From the IMG/VR virus record IMGVR_UViG_2609459938_000002, positions 1-64,000 of that record: a DNA stretch of 64,000 nt; one strand, given 5' to 3'. The stretch is from an uncultured virus (IMG/VR IMGVR_UViG_2609459938_000002). Its lineage: Duplodnaviria > Heunggongvirae > Uroviricota > Caudoviricetes. The stretch's first letter is position 1. Every line of letters starts with the position of its first letter. The notes under the pieces were generated by a model. That model did no database searches, was not told where the DNA came from, and was given only the letters and a program-made list of their open reading frames with translations. Below are positions 28,858 through 39,220 of the stretch, piece after piece. The position numbers and the translations under genes are program-made.

Positions 28858-29238
28858 ATGATCAACATTGATAAATACCTGACCGTCCGCTGGCAGATGG
28901 GCGGCCGCACTTTTCCTGTTCTCGACTGCTACGGCATTGTACATGAGGTCCGCCGGGACCTCGGATTGCCTGAATGGCCTGCGTTTGAAGGTGTGATAAA
29001 GGATGGCGATGAAATGCATATTGCCTGCAATAACTTCCGTCAAAACGTAGTGCGGTGCGAACCCTGCCCGGGTGCGGTTGCCGCCTGCTATATGGGTGGG
29101 GTAATCGGTCATCTCGGCATCGTGGTTGAGCTGAGCGGCCTGCTTTATGTGATGGAATGCAATCCCCGGCGCAACGTGACCATTCTTCCCCTGGCGCGTT
29201 TTGAACGTCAGTTTCTGAAAGTGGAGTATTACCAGTGA
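28858..29238 (+). CDS. NlpC/P60-like tail assembly protein
   Basis: GGR..LDCYG and HLGIV motifs. Confidence 0.75.
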   Translation: MINIDKYLTVRWQMGGRTFPVLDCYGIVHEVRRDLGLPEWPAFEGVIKDGDEMHIACNNFRQNVVRCEPCPGAVAACYMGGVIGHLGIVVELSGLLYVMECNPRRNVTILPLARFERQFLKVEYYQ

Positions 29239-32200
29239 CAATCCGCCTTTACCCGTCGCGTTTGCCTGGCGAACCGCTGGAGACGCATGAACACAGGGAT
29301 ACGACCATACATGACTGGATGCTCCAGCATGTCGATAACTACCGTAACGATATGGTGCAGCGTGTTACGTTTGAGGTGAATGGTAAACCGGTCCCACCGG
29401 CAGAATGGCCTTTATGCTTTATCAGTGCTGAGAGCGATGTAAAAGTTTACCCGATCCCTGGTGAGGGGGTGACGGCAACTACTATCGCTGCCTGGGCAGC
29501 GGCGGCCATCGCTGCAGCCTCGGCTGTGTATGTACTGATCACCATGTCGAACATGGATAAAGGCGGCTATTCATCCTCCAGTGGTCTGGGGCTGGATTTA
29601 AACCCAGCCAAAGCGAACCAGGCGAAACTTGGCGACCCAATCCGCGAAGTGTTTGGCCGTTGCCGTATCTATCCAGATTATGTCGTACAGCCAGTGACGC
29701 GCTTTAATCCTGATGATCCAACGCGAATGACCGTCGAAATGATGGTTTGCCTTGGAAAGGGGAATTTCGCGTTTACGAATGGTGATATCCGTGTGGGTTC
29801 AACACCTATTTCAGCATTAGGGGACTCGTTCAGTTACAACGTTTATTCACCTGGAGCAGATGTTTCAGGAGATCGGCGAAGTGAAAACTGGTTCAACTCG
29901 ACAGAGGTAGGTGGTACTTCCAGCGGGAGTGGGCTTGATATGGCGCAGACCTCTCCAGATTCGACAGATATCAACGCCGATAGTATGACCGTTTCTGGCG
30001 CATCCGTGACGTTTAACGGGCTGGATGATGGCAACGATGATGACGATGAAGGCAATGCGTTGCCTGAGTCGTGGGTTGAGGGGGCCATTGTTACGATCGT
30101 CGCACCGATGAATTTTCTGGTTTCAACCTCGTCGGGATATAGCGTTCTCGCCAGTAACTCTCTGGGTGAAATTAATCCCTATCCGGGGATGCCGGTTACC
30201 CTGGAAATCAACGGCACTGAATATGAACTGGTTATTGCAACTTATACGGCAAAGCAGGACGCGATACCCGGGGTGGGTGGAAATGCGGCCGGCCTGAAAG
30301 CAAATGCCTCCCCATCAACATATGATTACTCCGGTACCGGCCAGACTTTTACGATCACCTGGCAGGGACATGAGTACACTATTTCCCTCGTTGCAGACTA
30401 TGTGAATATGCCCGGCCTGCTGGCGGTGATAAACGATGGCCTGACCGGGTCAGGATTACTGGCGCAGGATAGCGGCGGTGTTGTGCTGATTGCTGAGGCA
30501 TCAAGCCCCTGGCTCGGCGGAAACATTACCTCATCATCGCTCCCGGTAGCCGTTTTTGGCGACAGTCCTGTATTTACCTCCGGCACCGCGTCCAGCGGAG
30601 GCAGTCCGGCAATAACTGCTAACGTTACGCTGGCGTATGGGAGTGCAACCGGAGTGGCATTTTCCGGGATACCGGAGGGAACACAACGCCTGGCGCTGGC
30701 TCACCGTGGCAACGAGTACCGCATTGCGGATGCGGACGGTACGACCGCAACGGTTCAGCGGCTGATTGATGGAGTGGTTGATCCTTCCTGGTCTGGCTTC
30801 TCACCCCGCACGATGATTGACTATCAGGCTACAGGGATCAGCGACAACAATACCTGGATGGGGCCGTTCCTTGCCTGCCCGGAATCTGAAGTGGTGGACG
30901 CTTTCGAGGTGAATTTCTCCTTTCCGTCTGGCATTTGCGGATTCGACAGCAAAGGCAAAAAACGCATCAGGCATTGTGAGTGGGAAATACAGTACCGTGT
31001 TTATGGATCTGGCTCTGGCTGGACGAGCAGGCAGGGGGTTTACGCGCTTAAAAATATCAACGGGTTGGGTTTTACAGAGCGTTTTGATCTCTCTTCTCCT
31101 GGGCTGGTTGAGGTGCGCTGCCGCCGCCGCAATGAGCAGGGTAGCAATAACGCGCGTGACTCGATGTACTGGCAAGCGTTACGTGGTCGTTTGTTAGCTC
31201 GGCCAACATCCTATGCTGGCGTCACCCTGATGGGGGTTACGGTTGAGACGGGGGGCAAATTGGCGGCTCAGTCTGACCGGCGCGTAAACGTTGTGGCCAC
31301 GCGCATTTATGACTCCGGCGTTGCCCGTAGTATCTCTGGTGCGCTTTATCACGTCGGCCGTTCTCTTGGTATGGAAATGGATACTGAGGCAATAGATGCC
31401 CTGGAGCAGACTTACTGGACCCCGAACGGCGAGTATTTCGATTTTGCCACGGGTGACAGTATTTCTGCGCTGGAAATGTTTCAGAAAATCGCTGCAGCCG
31501 GAAAGAGTTATTTTCTGCTAAATACCCAGTCTGTAGCTTCAGTGGGTCGTGAAGGTGTTAAACCCTGGACCGGGGCTATCACCCCTCACGAGATGGTATC
31601 CGAGATGCAGACCGATTTCGTCACGGTGACTGACGACGATTACGATGGTGTTGACGTAACCTATATCAACGGATCGACCTGGGCAGAAGAGACGGTGCAA
31701 TGCCGTCTGCCTGGCAACCCAACGCCGCTGAAAATAGAGGCATACCGGGCTGATGGGGTAGGCAATCCTGATCACGCATATCAGATTGGTATGCGCCGAC
31801 TCAGAAAATACCAGCTACAGCGCATGACGCATAAAACAACGACGGAACTGGATGCGCTCTGTTACAACGTCGGGGATCGTATTGTGTTGACCGATGATAT
31901 CCCTGGCAGCAACACCATTTCGTGTTTGATTGAGTCGATGGCTACTGCTGGTGGGGTGACCACATTCGATGTGTCGGAGCCGCTGGACTGGACTTTTGCA
32001 AATCCACGTGTCTATTTGCGTTACCAGGATGGAAAAGCATCACGGCTGTTTGAAGCATCACCTACAGGTGACAACTATCAGGTATCCGTCCCGTATCAAT
32101 CTGAGTTCGCCGATATCCTGCTGGATGACCCGATAATTGAGCCTCCCCGGTTAATTTTCTGTAGTTCTGAGAGCGACCTGTATCACGCCATTGTTTCCGA

Positions 32201-32303
32201 GATAGTGCCGCAGGACGATGGAACCTGCGAGATAACTGCCCGGCAATACCGCGCTGAATTTTATGACTACGATGACGCCACATACCCCGGCGACGTCGCG
32301 TAA
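29235..32303 (+). CDS. Tail tip / host-specificity protein
   Basis: 1022 aa; PIREVFG..YPD; position. Confidence 0.82.
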   Translation: MTIRLYPSRLPGEPLETHEHRDTTIHDWMLQHVDNYRNDMVQRVTFEVNGKPVPPAEWPLCFISAESDVKVYPIPGEGVTATTIAAWAAAAIAAASAVYVLITMSNMDKGGYSSSSGLGLDLNPAKANQAKLGDPIREVFGRCRIYPDYVVQPVTRFNPDDPTRMTVEMMVCLGKGNFAFTNGDIRVGSTPISALGDSFSYNVYSPGADVSGDRRSENWFNSTEVGGTSSGSGLDMAQTSPDSTDINADSMTVSGASVTFNGLDDGNDDDDEGNALPESWVEGAIVTIVAPMNFLVSTSSGYSVLASNSLGEINPYPGMPVTLEINGTEYELVIATYTAKQDAIPGVGGNAAGLKANASPSTYDYSGTGQTFTITWQGHEYTISLVADYVNMPGLLAVINDGLTGSGLLAQDSGGVVLIAEASSPWLGGNITSSSLPVAVFGDSPVFTSGTASSGGSPAITANVTLAYGSATGVAFSGIPEGTQRLALAHRGNEYRIADADGTTATVQRLIDGVVDPSWSGFSPRTMIDYQATGISDNNTWMGPFLACPESEVVDAFEVNFSFPSGICGFDSKGKKRIRHCEWEIQYRVYGSGSGWTSRQGVYALKNINGLGFTERFDLSSPGLVEVRCRRRNEQGSNNARDSMYWQALRGRLLARPTSYAGVTLMGVTVETGGKLAAQSDRRVNVVATRIYDSGVARSISGALYHVGRSLGMEMDTEAIDALEQTYWTPNGEYFDFATGDSISALEMFQKIAAAGKSYFLLNTQSVASVGREGVKPWTGAITPHEMVSEMQTDFVTVTDDDYDGVDVTYINGSTWAEETVQCRLPGNPTPLKIEAYRADGVGNPDHAYQIGMRRLRKYQLQRMTHKTTTELDALCYNVGDRIVLTDDIPGSNTISCLIESMATAGGVTTFDVSEPLDWTFANPRVYLRYQDGKASRLFEASPTGDNYQVSVPYQSEFADILLDDPIIEPPRLIFCSSESDLYHAIVSEIVPQDDGTCEITARQYRAEFYDYDDATYPGDVA

Positions 32304-32379
32304 TACCCCATAACAACCCCTAATTAACTCTTTTCGCTCAAACCCTCGTTTGGGCGAAGCCTCTTTTTGGAGCAAAAAC

Positions 32380-34983
32380 ATGGCCTTTAACCCGGAGCTG
32401 GGGAGCACGTCTCCCGCTGTGTTGCTCGATAACGCCGAGCGCTTGGATAAGCTGGTTAATGGTCCCGCCGCAGATGTTCCCGACCGTGGTGGTGACCCTC
32501 TTTATTCATGGCGCCAGATGATGGCGAAAAACGATGAAATTCGTCAAAACCTCGTACCTCTCAGCAGGCAGTATATGACGCTTGCTGATGCACAGGCGGA
32601 TATCGCGAATATTCCAGAAGGCAGCAGCACCTATGTTCGCAGTCAGGACGGAAGCTCTCTGGCCGATGAGTACATCAACAATGGTGGCACCCTGACTGCT
32701 ACCGGACGGAAGATGCCATCCTGGGCCGCAGTTGAACTCATGTCAGATACCGTCCAGCGTTTAATGACGGCGCTGCACGTTATGGCGGAGGGCGGCACAA
32801 GCTCTGGTTCAGGTAGTGAAAGCAGCGATACAGTGCAGAATCTGATGACCGGATTTAACGTGCTGGCTGAGTCAATTAATAATCTGTCAGTGGGAAACCA
32901 GCAAAATGCCAGCGGATTATCCAGGCTGGTCTCATCAGTCCAGATTTGCACTGAAATGCTGAACACGCTGGCGGCTGAGATCGTAACTCCTGACGGCGCA
33001 TCACAGTATGGTTATGTGGCATTTTCCGTGCCCGGTACAGTCAACGCTGGTAACGGGTCGTTTGGCACCGATACACGCTACCGCAGGACCGGGATGATCC
33101 CGGTTCGCAAGGGTGACGTTGTGCGCCTCACTGTTTACACCACATCGGCAACCGCAGGCCACGCAGCTGCGCTGTACGATTCATCAGGGGCGTACGTTGG
33201 CCCGCTGGGGATTATGTGCGCGTCGTATGCGGCGTATCAGGCACGACATTACCAGTGTGAAATTGCTCAGGACGGGTTTGTCGTTGCGAACACGCTGGAC
33301 CAGGGCGCGTCCCCCTCTGCTGATGTCACCGGTGCGGTACTGACGATTGACCACCGTCTGCGTGGCCGGGCTGCAGATGCTGTTCTTAAACTGTCAAAAT
33401 CCGATTTAATCCCTGTCCGTCTCGATAACGGAAATATCAATGCGAGTTCTATCACGCAGGACGGTATCGTTAACTACTCCACCGGGCTGTATTCCTGCAC
33501 TGGCGGAAGACTCCTGTTCAGTGGCCTGCCTGTAGCCTCGGCTCCAGGGCAGAGCAGTAGCCTGTATAACGTGGTTTTCTACGATGCAAATAAGGCGCTT
33601 ATTGCGTATCGCCCGGTTTTCTCCAGTTCGGGTTATGTGGTCATCCCTGAAAATGCCGCGTACTGGGCGCAGCAGATAATCACCGACAGAACGCCGGACT
33701 GGTCTGCTGTCTCAATCGTTTATTACAATTATGTCTATAAAGACGAGTTGCATAAACTTCTGTCTTCGGAGCGCGAGCGTCTTGGGCTTGATTATCCGAA
33801 CGAATACTGGCTGCAGGATTTCAGCGGCGCTACGGACATTGAGTGGATCCAGAACGCGATGGACTGGGTGCATGACGCGGGCGGCGGATTGCTGATAATT
33901 TCATCTGACTATGTGAAAAAGCAGTTCATCATCTCCGAAGCCGTCATCCACCGCAGTAACGTATGGGTTGTACTGGATGGCGTTGAAATTAAATTGCAGG
34001 ACGGCGTGCATGACAACCTGTTTCGTGCGGCAGGGGTTATTGTCAACCCAGCCGATCCGTTTGGTCTGTGTCTGGACCTGGAAATAACGGACAACGTCCG
34101 CTTAATTGGCACAGGCTATCCGAAACTCAGTGGCGCTGACGTGGCGTATTACGCCGATATTCCGGCAGGTGCCGGGCCTCGCTACTGGATTGGTGATGAA
34201 TACGGATGGCGAGGTACAGGGCTGATTTATTACGGTACGCAGAATTTTGAAATTGGCGGCTTTAAACTCCAGAACGTAAAAAACTGGGGAACCGATTTCG
34301 GTTATGGTGCCAAGAATGGGTACATCCATGATATTGACCTGTGGCAGCCGAACAAAAACGGCGACGGCATCCACTTCACCAACGGTGCCAGCCACATGCG
34401 CGTCCGTCAGATTTTCGGCTATGCGCGCGACGACTGCTTAGCGATGGTCAATAGTGATGACTCTCTGGTTTACGGTCCTGACAAAATCCCGACACCAGGC
34501 TCAATTCGCCAGTGGATTTATCCAACCTGTCCTTTCTGGTACGGGTGGGCGGGGAATGAGGCTGTGGGAACCAGCAACGATATTCACGATATCACTGCTA
34601 CGAATATCGGGTTAACCGGTAACGAGCAGGTCAGCACCATTCTGACCACGCAGTTTAAAATCTACAACGTGACAATCAGCGGTATCAGCAGCGTCAACTA
34701 TATGACTCCGGGCCGTGGCTGGGATGAAGTTAATGCGATTCTGAAATCGTATGCAGGGTTTGGGGATGCTTCCCGCTATAAGGCAGGTAATGTCAGCAAT
34801 ATCAGCATTAATAACATCATTGAGTGTGCGTCGAAAAATTACAGTATCGATATAACGCTGGAGGGGAGGAATATCCGCGTCAATCGTTATATGAAACTGG
34901 ATACCCGTGCGAAAACAAAAGGTGCGCTGAACATCAGCAGCTCAGCGGCCCCGTACGTCACAACCTCTAATATTGTGGAATAA
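32380..34983 (+). CDS. Tailspike with beta-helix (pectin-lyase/GH28-like) domain, putative polysaccharide depolymerase
   Basis: Phage anchor N-terminus (LLDNAERLD); NGDGIH and RDDCLA resemble GH28 NTDG/GDD motifs. Confidence 0.75.
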   Translation: MAFNPELGSTSPAVLLDNAERLDKLVNGPAADVPDRGGDPLYSWRQMMAKNDEIRQNLVPLSRQYMTLADAQADIANIPEGSSTYVRSQDGSSLADEYINNGGTLTATGRKMPSWAAVELMSDTVQRLMTALHVMAEGGTSSGSGSESSDTVQNLMTGFNVLAESINNLSVGNQQNASGLSRLVSSVQICTEMLNTLAAEIVTPDGASQYGYVAFSVPGTVNAGNGSFGTDTRYRRTGMIPVRKGDVVRLTVYTTSATAGHAAALYDSSGAYVGPLGIMCASYAAYQARHYQCEIAQDGFVVANTLDQGASPSADVTGAVLTIDHRLRGRAADAVLKLSKSDLIPVRLDNGNINASSITQDGIVNYSTGLYSCTGGRLLFSGLPVASAPGQSSSLYNVVFYDANKALIAYRPVFSSSGYVVIPENAAYWAQQIITDRTPDWSAVSIVYYNYVYKDELHKLLSSERERLGLDYPNEYWLQDFSGATDIEWIQNAMDWVHDAGGGLLIISSDYVKKQFIISEAVIHRSNVWVVLDGVEIKLQDGVHDNLFRAAGVIVNPADPFGLCLDLEITDNVRLIGTGYPKLSGADVAYYADIPAGAGPRYWIGDEYGWRGTGLIYYGTQNFEIGGFKLQNVKNWGTDFGYGAKNGYIHDIDLWQPNKNGDGIHFTNGASHMRVRQIFGYARDDCLAMVNSDDSLVYGPDKIPTPGSIRQWIYPTCPFWYGWAGNEAVGTSNDIHDITATNIGLTGNEQVSTILTTQFKIYNVTISGISSVNYMTPGRGWDEVNAILKSYAGFGDASRYKAGNVSNISINNIIECASKNYSIDITLEGRNIRVNRYMKLDTRAKTKGALNISSSAAPYVTTSNIVE

Positions 34984-34987
34984 AAAA

Positions 34988-36082
34988 ATGACTATATTAA
35001 TTCAGGATTCATTACGTCGCGCCGTTGAAGCTGCCTCCGGCGGTGCGCAGACTGTACTTTATACCAGCGCCGGTGACCCGTCGTTTGTGAATATTATTCC
35101 CAAATTTGACGTCAGCACGATTGATGCATCGCTGGGTTCGGGAACGCATCCGGCATTTATTGTGAATGGCGTCGAGGTTGATCAGATATTCGTTGGGACA
35201 TATCCAGGGAGCATTGTAAATGGTCAGTTGCTGTCTCTGCCGGGCCGCGCCCCGGCTGTATCGGTTTCATACAATGACGGTATCGCCCGGTCACTGGCGT
35301 GCGGCCCGGGCTGGCACGCCATGACTAACGCTGAGTGGGCTGCAATCGCATTACTATGCTATTCCCGGGGCCATTCCCCGCGCGGCAATACAAAATGGGG
35401 GCTGTCATCTGACAATATCAGTGAAAAGGGGCGGCGGATTGATGGCATGACGGCCGGGGCAGAGTCAGGGACCGGCCTTACGCTAACAGGTTCTGGTCCT
35501 GTCAGCTGGCGGCACAACCGTGACTATGCAGGCATTGCAGATTTAGCCGGCAACGTTTGGGAGCAGGTGACGGGAGTCCGATTCTGTGGTGGTGAGCTGC
35601 AGATTATGACGAATAACAATGCGGCGATGGGCTCTACTGACCATTCCCTGTCGTCAACTGCGTGGAAGGCGGTAAGCGGTGTTGATGGTTCACTGTTGAC
35701 GCCAACAGGAACGGGCACGGCAGGGACGGATTCCTGGGTACCGACAACGGCCAACTCTGTTCGAATCGACACATCGGGGACAGGAGATTACACATTGATT
35801 TACGGTGAGAACACATTGTTCACCAGTGCCAGGAACCCCGGAACAACGCCGGTATCGGATACGGCGCTCCGGATGTTGCGCAAACTAATGTTGTTCCCGC
35901 TGGCGGGTCTGGTTTCCGATGATTCGCTGTCGTACTCAAAAGGAGGCGAGGTGATGACACTGCGAGGCGGTGCATATTCGAACGGTACAGGCGGCGGCGT
36001 CAATGCGCTTCTCGCTAACCGTGGGCGCACGTCTGTTGGCCAGGCTAACTCTGGTGTCCGTCCGGTATATTACAAGCCTTGA
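34988..36082 (+). CDS. Mtd-like / FGE-sulfatase (CLec-fold) protein
   Basis: MTNAEW, DLAGNVWE, RGG...GVRP motifs. Confidence 0.75.
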   Translation: MTILIQDSLRRAVEAASGGAQTVLYTSAGDPSFVNIIPKFDVSTIDASLGSGTHPAFIVNGVEVDQIFVGTYPGSIVNGQLLSLPGRAPAVSVSYNDGIARSLACGPGWHAMTNAEWAAIALLCYSRGHSPRGNTKWGLSSDNISEKGRRIDGMTAGAESGTGLTLTGSGPVSWRHNRDYAGIADLAGNVWEQVTGVRFCGGELQIMTNNNAAMGSTDHSLSSTAWKAVSGVDGSLLTPTGTGTAGTDSWVPTTANSVRIDTSGTGDYTLIYGENTLFTSARNPGTTPVSDTALRMLRKLMLFPLAGLVSDDSLSYSKGGEVMTLRGGAYSNGTGGGVNALLANRGRTSVGQANSGVRPVYYKP

Positions 36083-36288
36083 AATTAATGCGCCATACGG
36101 CGCATTGCTTTCCTCTTTCCCGTGGTGACAGAAGATGTTTATGAGGATTAGCTTTAAAAAATCGAAATGGTCCCTATTATTATTTACTAAAATGATAACA
36201 GTAGCAATGTTGACCCATTTATTTGGTATTGGATGGGGATTTCTGGCTGTTGCGATAATAGATTCTCTCCCATCCATTAAAATAAATA

Positions 36289-37134
36289 CTAGTTAAGTTT
36301 TTTACTCATTTCACCAACGTAGTTGAAAGGATTTGCCTTATCAATTTTTCTAAGTGATATTGCAGAGGTAAATGTGATAAATGTATTTATTCCAAATACT
36401 GTCGAAGCCAGAACGGCAGATGTTTCAGAAAGTCCAATTCCTTTTGCGCCAACATAAGCAGCGCCGGCTTTAGTAGCAATCTCCGGGAGATTAAAATTGA
36501 GTTTAACTTCTGATAAGTTGAATTTAATCCCTCTTTCTTTGTATAGTCTTATAATCTCAGCGCATGCTATGTCTATTTCATTTATAACTGTTTTTAATTC
36601 ATGATCTTTGTTTTCAGCTTTCATAACCTTTATGTTTAATGTGTTTAGGGTATCCATGAGGTTTTTTAGATTGTCTTTTCGTTTCAGCCTGAATTCAAGA
36701 ACATCATTGATATTAACGCTTTCGTCTGGCTCTGGGATTGCATTCACTAAGGTTAGCAATTCACCACCGTATTCACTGACTTCAATTTTGTTGTTTATTA
36801 ATACCTTGCTGGCATCGCTTGCAATGAAATTTATGTCTTTTCTTGCGAGAGAGTCAATCAAGAATTTCATATTTGCATCGTATATTGTGCTTATTGTTCC
36901 ATTGATAATGTTAAATTTTACCTCTATTAGGATACCTTCTTTTTTTAGCAATGAAACTCCAGGAGCACCATCGTATGATATATAAATAATATTATTGTTT
37001 GTTGTTATTATTTTATCCCAATATAACGCATTTATTAGCAGTTTTCTATAATCTAATCCTGCATTGGATATGTGGATGCTTTCGCTTGTCGAGTTTATAA
37101 ACATATCTGGGAACATTAAAATATGATTTTCCAT
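36289..37134 (-). CDS. Low-GC cargo protein (DUF6236-like)
   Basis: LYWDKI..NN and IPEP..DVLEFR motifs; start could be further upstream (37242). Confidence 0.65.
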   Translation of the reverse strand: MENHILMFPDMFINSTSESIHISNAGLDYRKLLINALYWDKIITTNNNIIYISYDGAPGVSLLKKEGILIEVKFNIINGTISTIYDANMKFLIDSLARKDINFIASDASKVLINNKIEVSEYGGELLTLVNAIPEPDESVNINDVLEFRLKRKDNLKNLMDTLNTLNIKVMKAENKDHELKTVINEIDIACAEIIRLYKERGIKFNLSEVKLNFNLPEIATKAGAAYVGAKGIGLSETSAVLASTVFGINTFITFTSAISLRKIDKANPFNYVGEMSKKLN

Positions 37135-37279
37135 ATACTCACCTATGAACATTGTTGCAATAATATAAATATATCTAATAAAGCACATCATTTTACTAAA
37201 TCTGATAATTATAGACATAAACAAGCTAAAACAAACATACATTCTATGTGCTTACGCAAAAATTAGAGTTGATCAAGAC

Positions 37280-37600
37280 GCAGCGAGGGAGCACGGGAGA
37301 ATCGGCGGCCGCCGCCAGGTTGTAACCAAAGAAGTAGTGGAACGATGCTGCAGAATGCTGGATATGAGGGCAACCCGGCAGCTGGTCGCGGAAAAAACTA
37401 CAGCAAAGGCGTTCTGGCGAGCACAAGCGCCGTTAATGCGTCTGGCAAAATCCCAGGCACGATGTCACGTACGTATCCCTATCGGCACCCGCTATACCGC
37501 TGGTTACAGCGCCACCGGCGCAGACACTGACGGAATGGTCGGGCGAATTCGCAACTTTGGGTACGCCACCGAAGAGCAGGTGAAGGCGATTTCACAGTGA
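37280..37600 (+). pseudogene. Remnant of a serine DNA invertase C-terminus joined to a tail-fibre-like C-terminal fragment
   Basis: AAREHGRIGGRRQVVTKEVVERCCRML resembles the Pin/Hin hinge and HTH; then ...GRIRNF..TEEQVKAI. Confidence 0.6.
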
Positions 37601-37815
37601 TCATAAGCTTAATCTGCATTGCGTTCAGTGGCTGACTTGATATCATGACGTTACATCTATCGTGAAAACTGATTGATGTAACTTAATATGATTATTACAT
37701 TGTCAGGATTATATTCGCTTGCCGCCTAACTTTCTCAAGGGTCGGTAGGCAAGCGGTTGCATATTTAACAAAGCATTAGTTTTTAAGTATTATGTGGTGG
37801 TATCATTCGCTACAA

Positions 37816-38574
37816 TCAAAATAACTCTGTAATCCCAGCGGCAGGCACAATTAGACTATTAACTTGAGGGAACACGATATTACCGTCATAAAAAAAATCA
37901 AAAACAAACCTTACTTCTTTTTCTTTTTTAAACTCAACAGGCTTGATAAATTTTACATTTTCAAATAATGATATCAACGTTTCAGACATGGCATCTATGT
38001 CTTTATTTCCTAAATACAAGTCTCTCGTTTGATAAATTATATCTTGAGTATAAGAACGTACTGTTATCTTGCTTGGATCATTATAACCACTACCAAAAAT
38101 CATCTCCCCTGAAGAAATTAGCTCCTTAACCTTTTGTAAAACGTTTTTTTCCATTGCTTTTTTCATCCATGCTATTTTTTTATAATCAACTGACCAGTTA
38201 TCATCGTAACCACTAAATATATCTTGTGCGTCTTCAACTCGTTCTACTTTAGTTATGCAAAATATAAATCTATTTAAGTTTACCCACTCGTAATTAGCTT
38301 GGTAATCAACAAGAACACTCGCTCCATCATTCCCCTTCATTGAAAGGGATTTAACATATCCGCGAAAATAGCTGAGGTGTGAGTTGTTCAAATGGTTGAA
38401 TAAGTCGATACTTATCCATTTATCTTTAAGGTCGAAATTTATTCTATAAAAACCCTCCTCTCTGTCTTCAACCTGCTTGTTTTCTAAATGTCTATACTCG
38501 GTTAAAGAACCAATTCTTATTGTTCCTGATGTGTTGGGATGGTGCTTTTTATTGCAACTTTTAACTAAATACAT
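37816..38574 (-). CDS. Low-GC hypothetical cargo protein (252 aa)
   Basis: AGGA RBS; intact long AT-rich ORF. Confidence 0.8.
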   Translation of the reverse strand: MYLVKSCNKKHHPNTSGTIRIGSLTEYRHLENKQVEDREEGFYRINFDLKDKWISIDLFNHLNNSHLSYFRGYVKSLSMKGNDGASVLVDYQANYEWVNLNRFIFCITKVERVEDAQDIFSGYDDNWSVDYKKIAWMKKAMEKNVLQKVKELISSGEMIFGSGYNDPSKITVRSYTQDIIYQTRDLYLGNKDIDAMSETLISLFENVKFIKPVEFKKEKEVRFVFDFFYDGNIVFPQVNSLIVPAAGITELF

Positions 38575-38943
38575 TTTTTATCCTAAAATAAATTGACGTA
38601 GATATACCAATATTAAATCACGGTGCATATAAACAACTCATGATATAATGTGTATTGTTTCTTCTATAGTGGAATTTATACCTTAAAAATTCATTTGTCA
38701 CGCAACCCTGAAGAAATAAATGGTTAAAACCCAGCTTCAGCTATGTCCTAGCCGTATGTAAGCATCAGCACAGGAGATGGAGCGTAAAATCGAGAGGCGG
38801 TTGTGCATTGGTGACCTTTGTAATATGGGAGGGTGTGAAAACGATCTGCAGGTAGCTGACACCTTTTCAATAAACATTATGTTGCGTCGGTGCGCCTGAT
38901 TGATAGCTGGAACCTGTATTGATTAGATCTGCCAATGAAACTA

Positions 38944-38959
38944 CTGTATATAAAAACAG
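38944..38959. promoter_or_regulatory. LexA (SOS) box
   Basis: CTGTATATAAAAACAG. Confidence 0.85.
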
Positions 38960-38979
38960 TACTTTCCAGGAGTGGAACT

Positions 38980-39219
38980 ATGCCGCGAAAATCAGATATC
39001 GAAATAGCCTGGCGTCAGGCGATAGTGATTGAGCCAAATGGCCGTCGCACTGTGACAACGTCCAGGTTTATCCGTGAACTCGCAAAAGTTAACTGGATAT
39101 GGTCACCGCGCCAGGCTAACCAGTGGATAGAGCACTATGTGACGACATTCCGGGATGTCTCAACGCAGGAAGGCGATGAGCGCACGTTCCAGTTATACAA
39201 CCCGAACGGAGGGCTATAA
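38980..39219 (+). CDS. SOS-regulated hypothetical protein
   Basis: AGGAG RBS directly after the LexA box. Confidence 0.75.
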   Translation: MPRKSDIEIAWRQAIVIEPNGRRTVTTSRFIRELAKVNWIWSPRQANQWIEHYVTTFRDVSTQEGDERTFQLYNPNGGL

Positions 39220-39220
39220 C

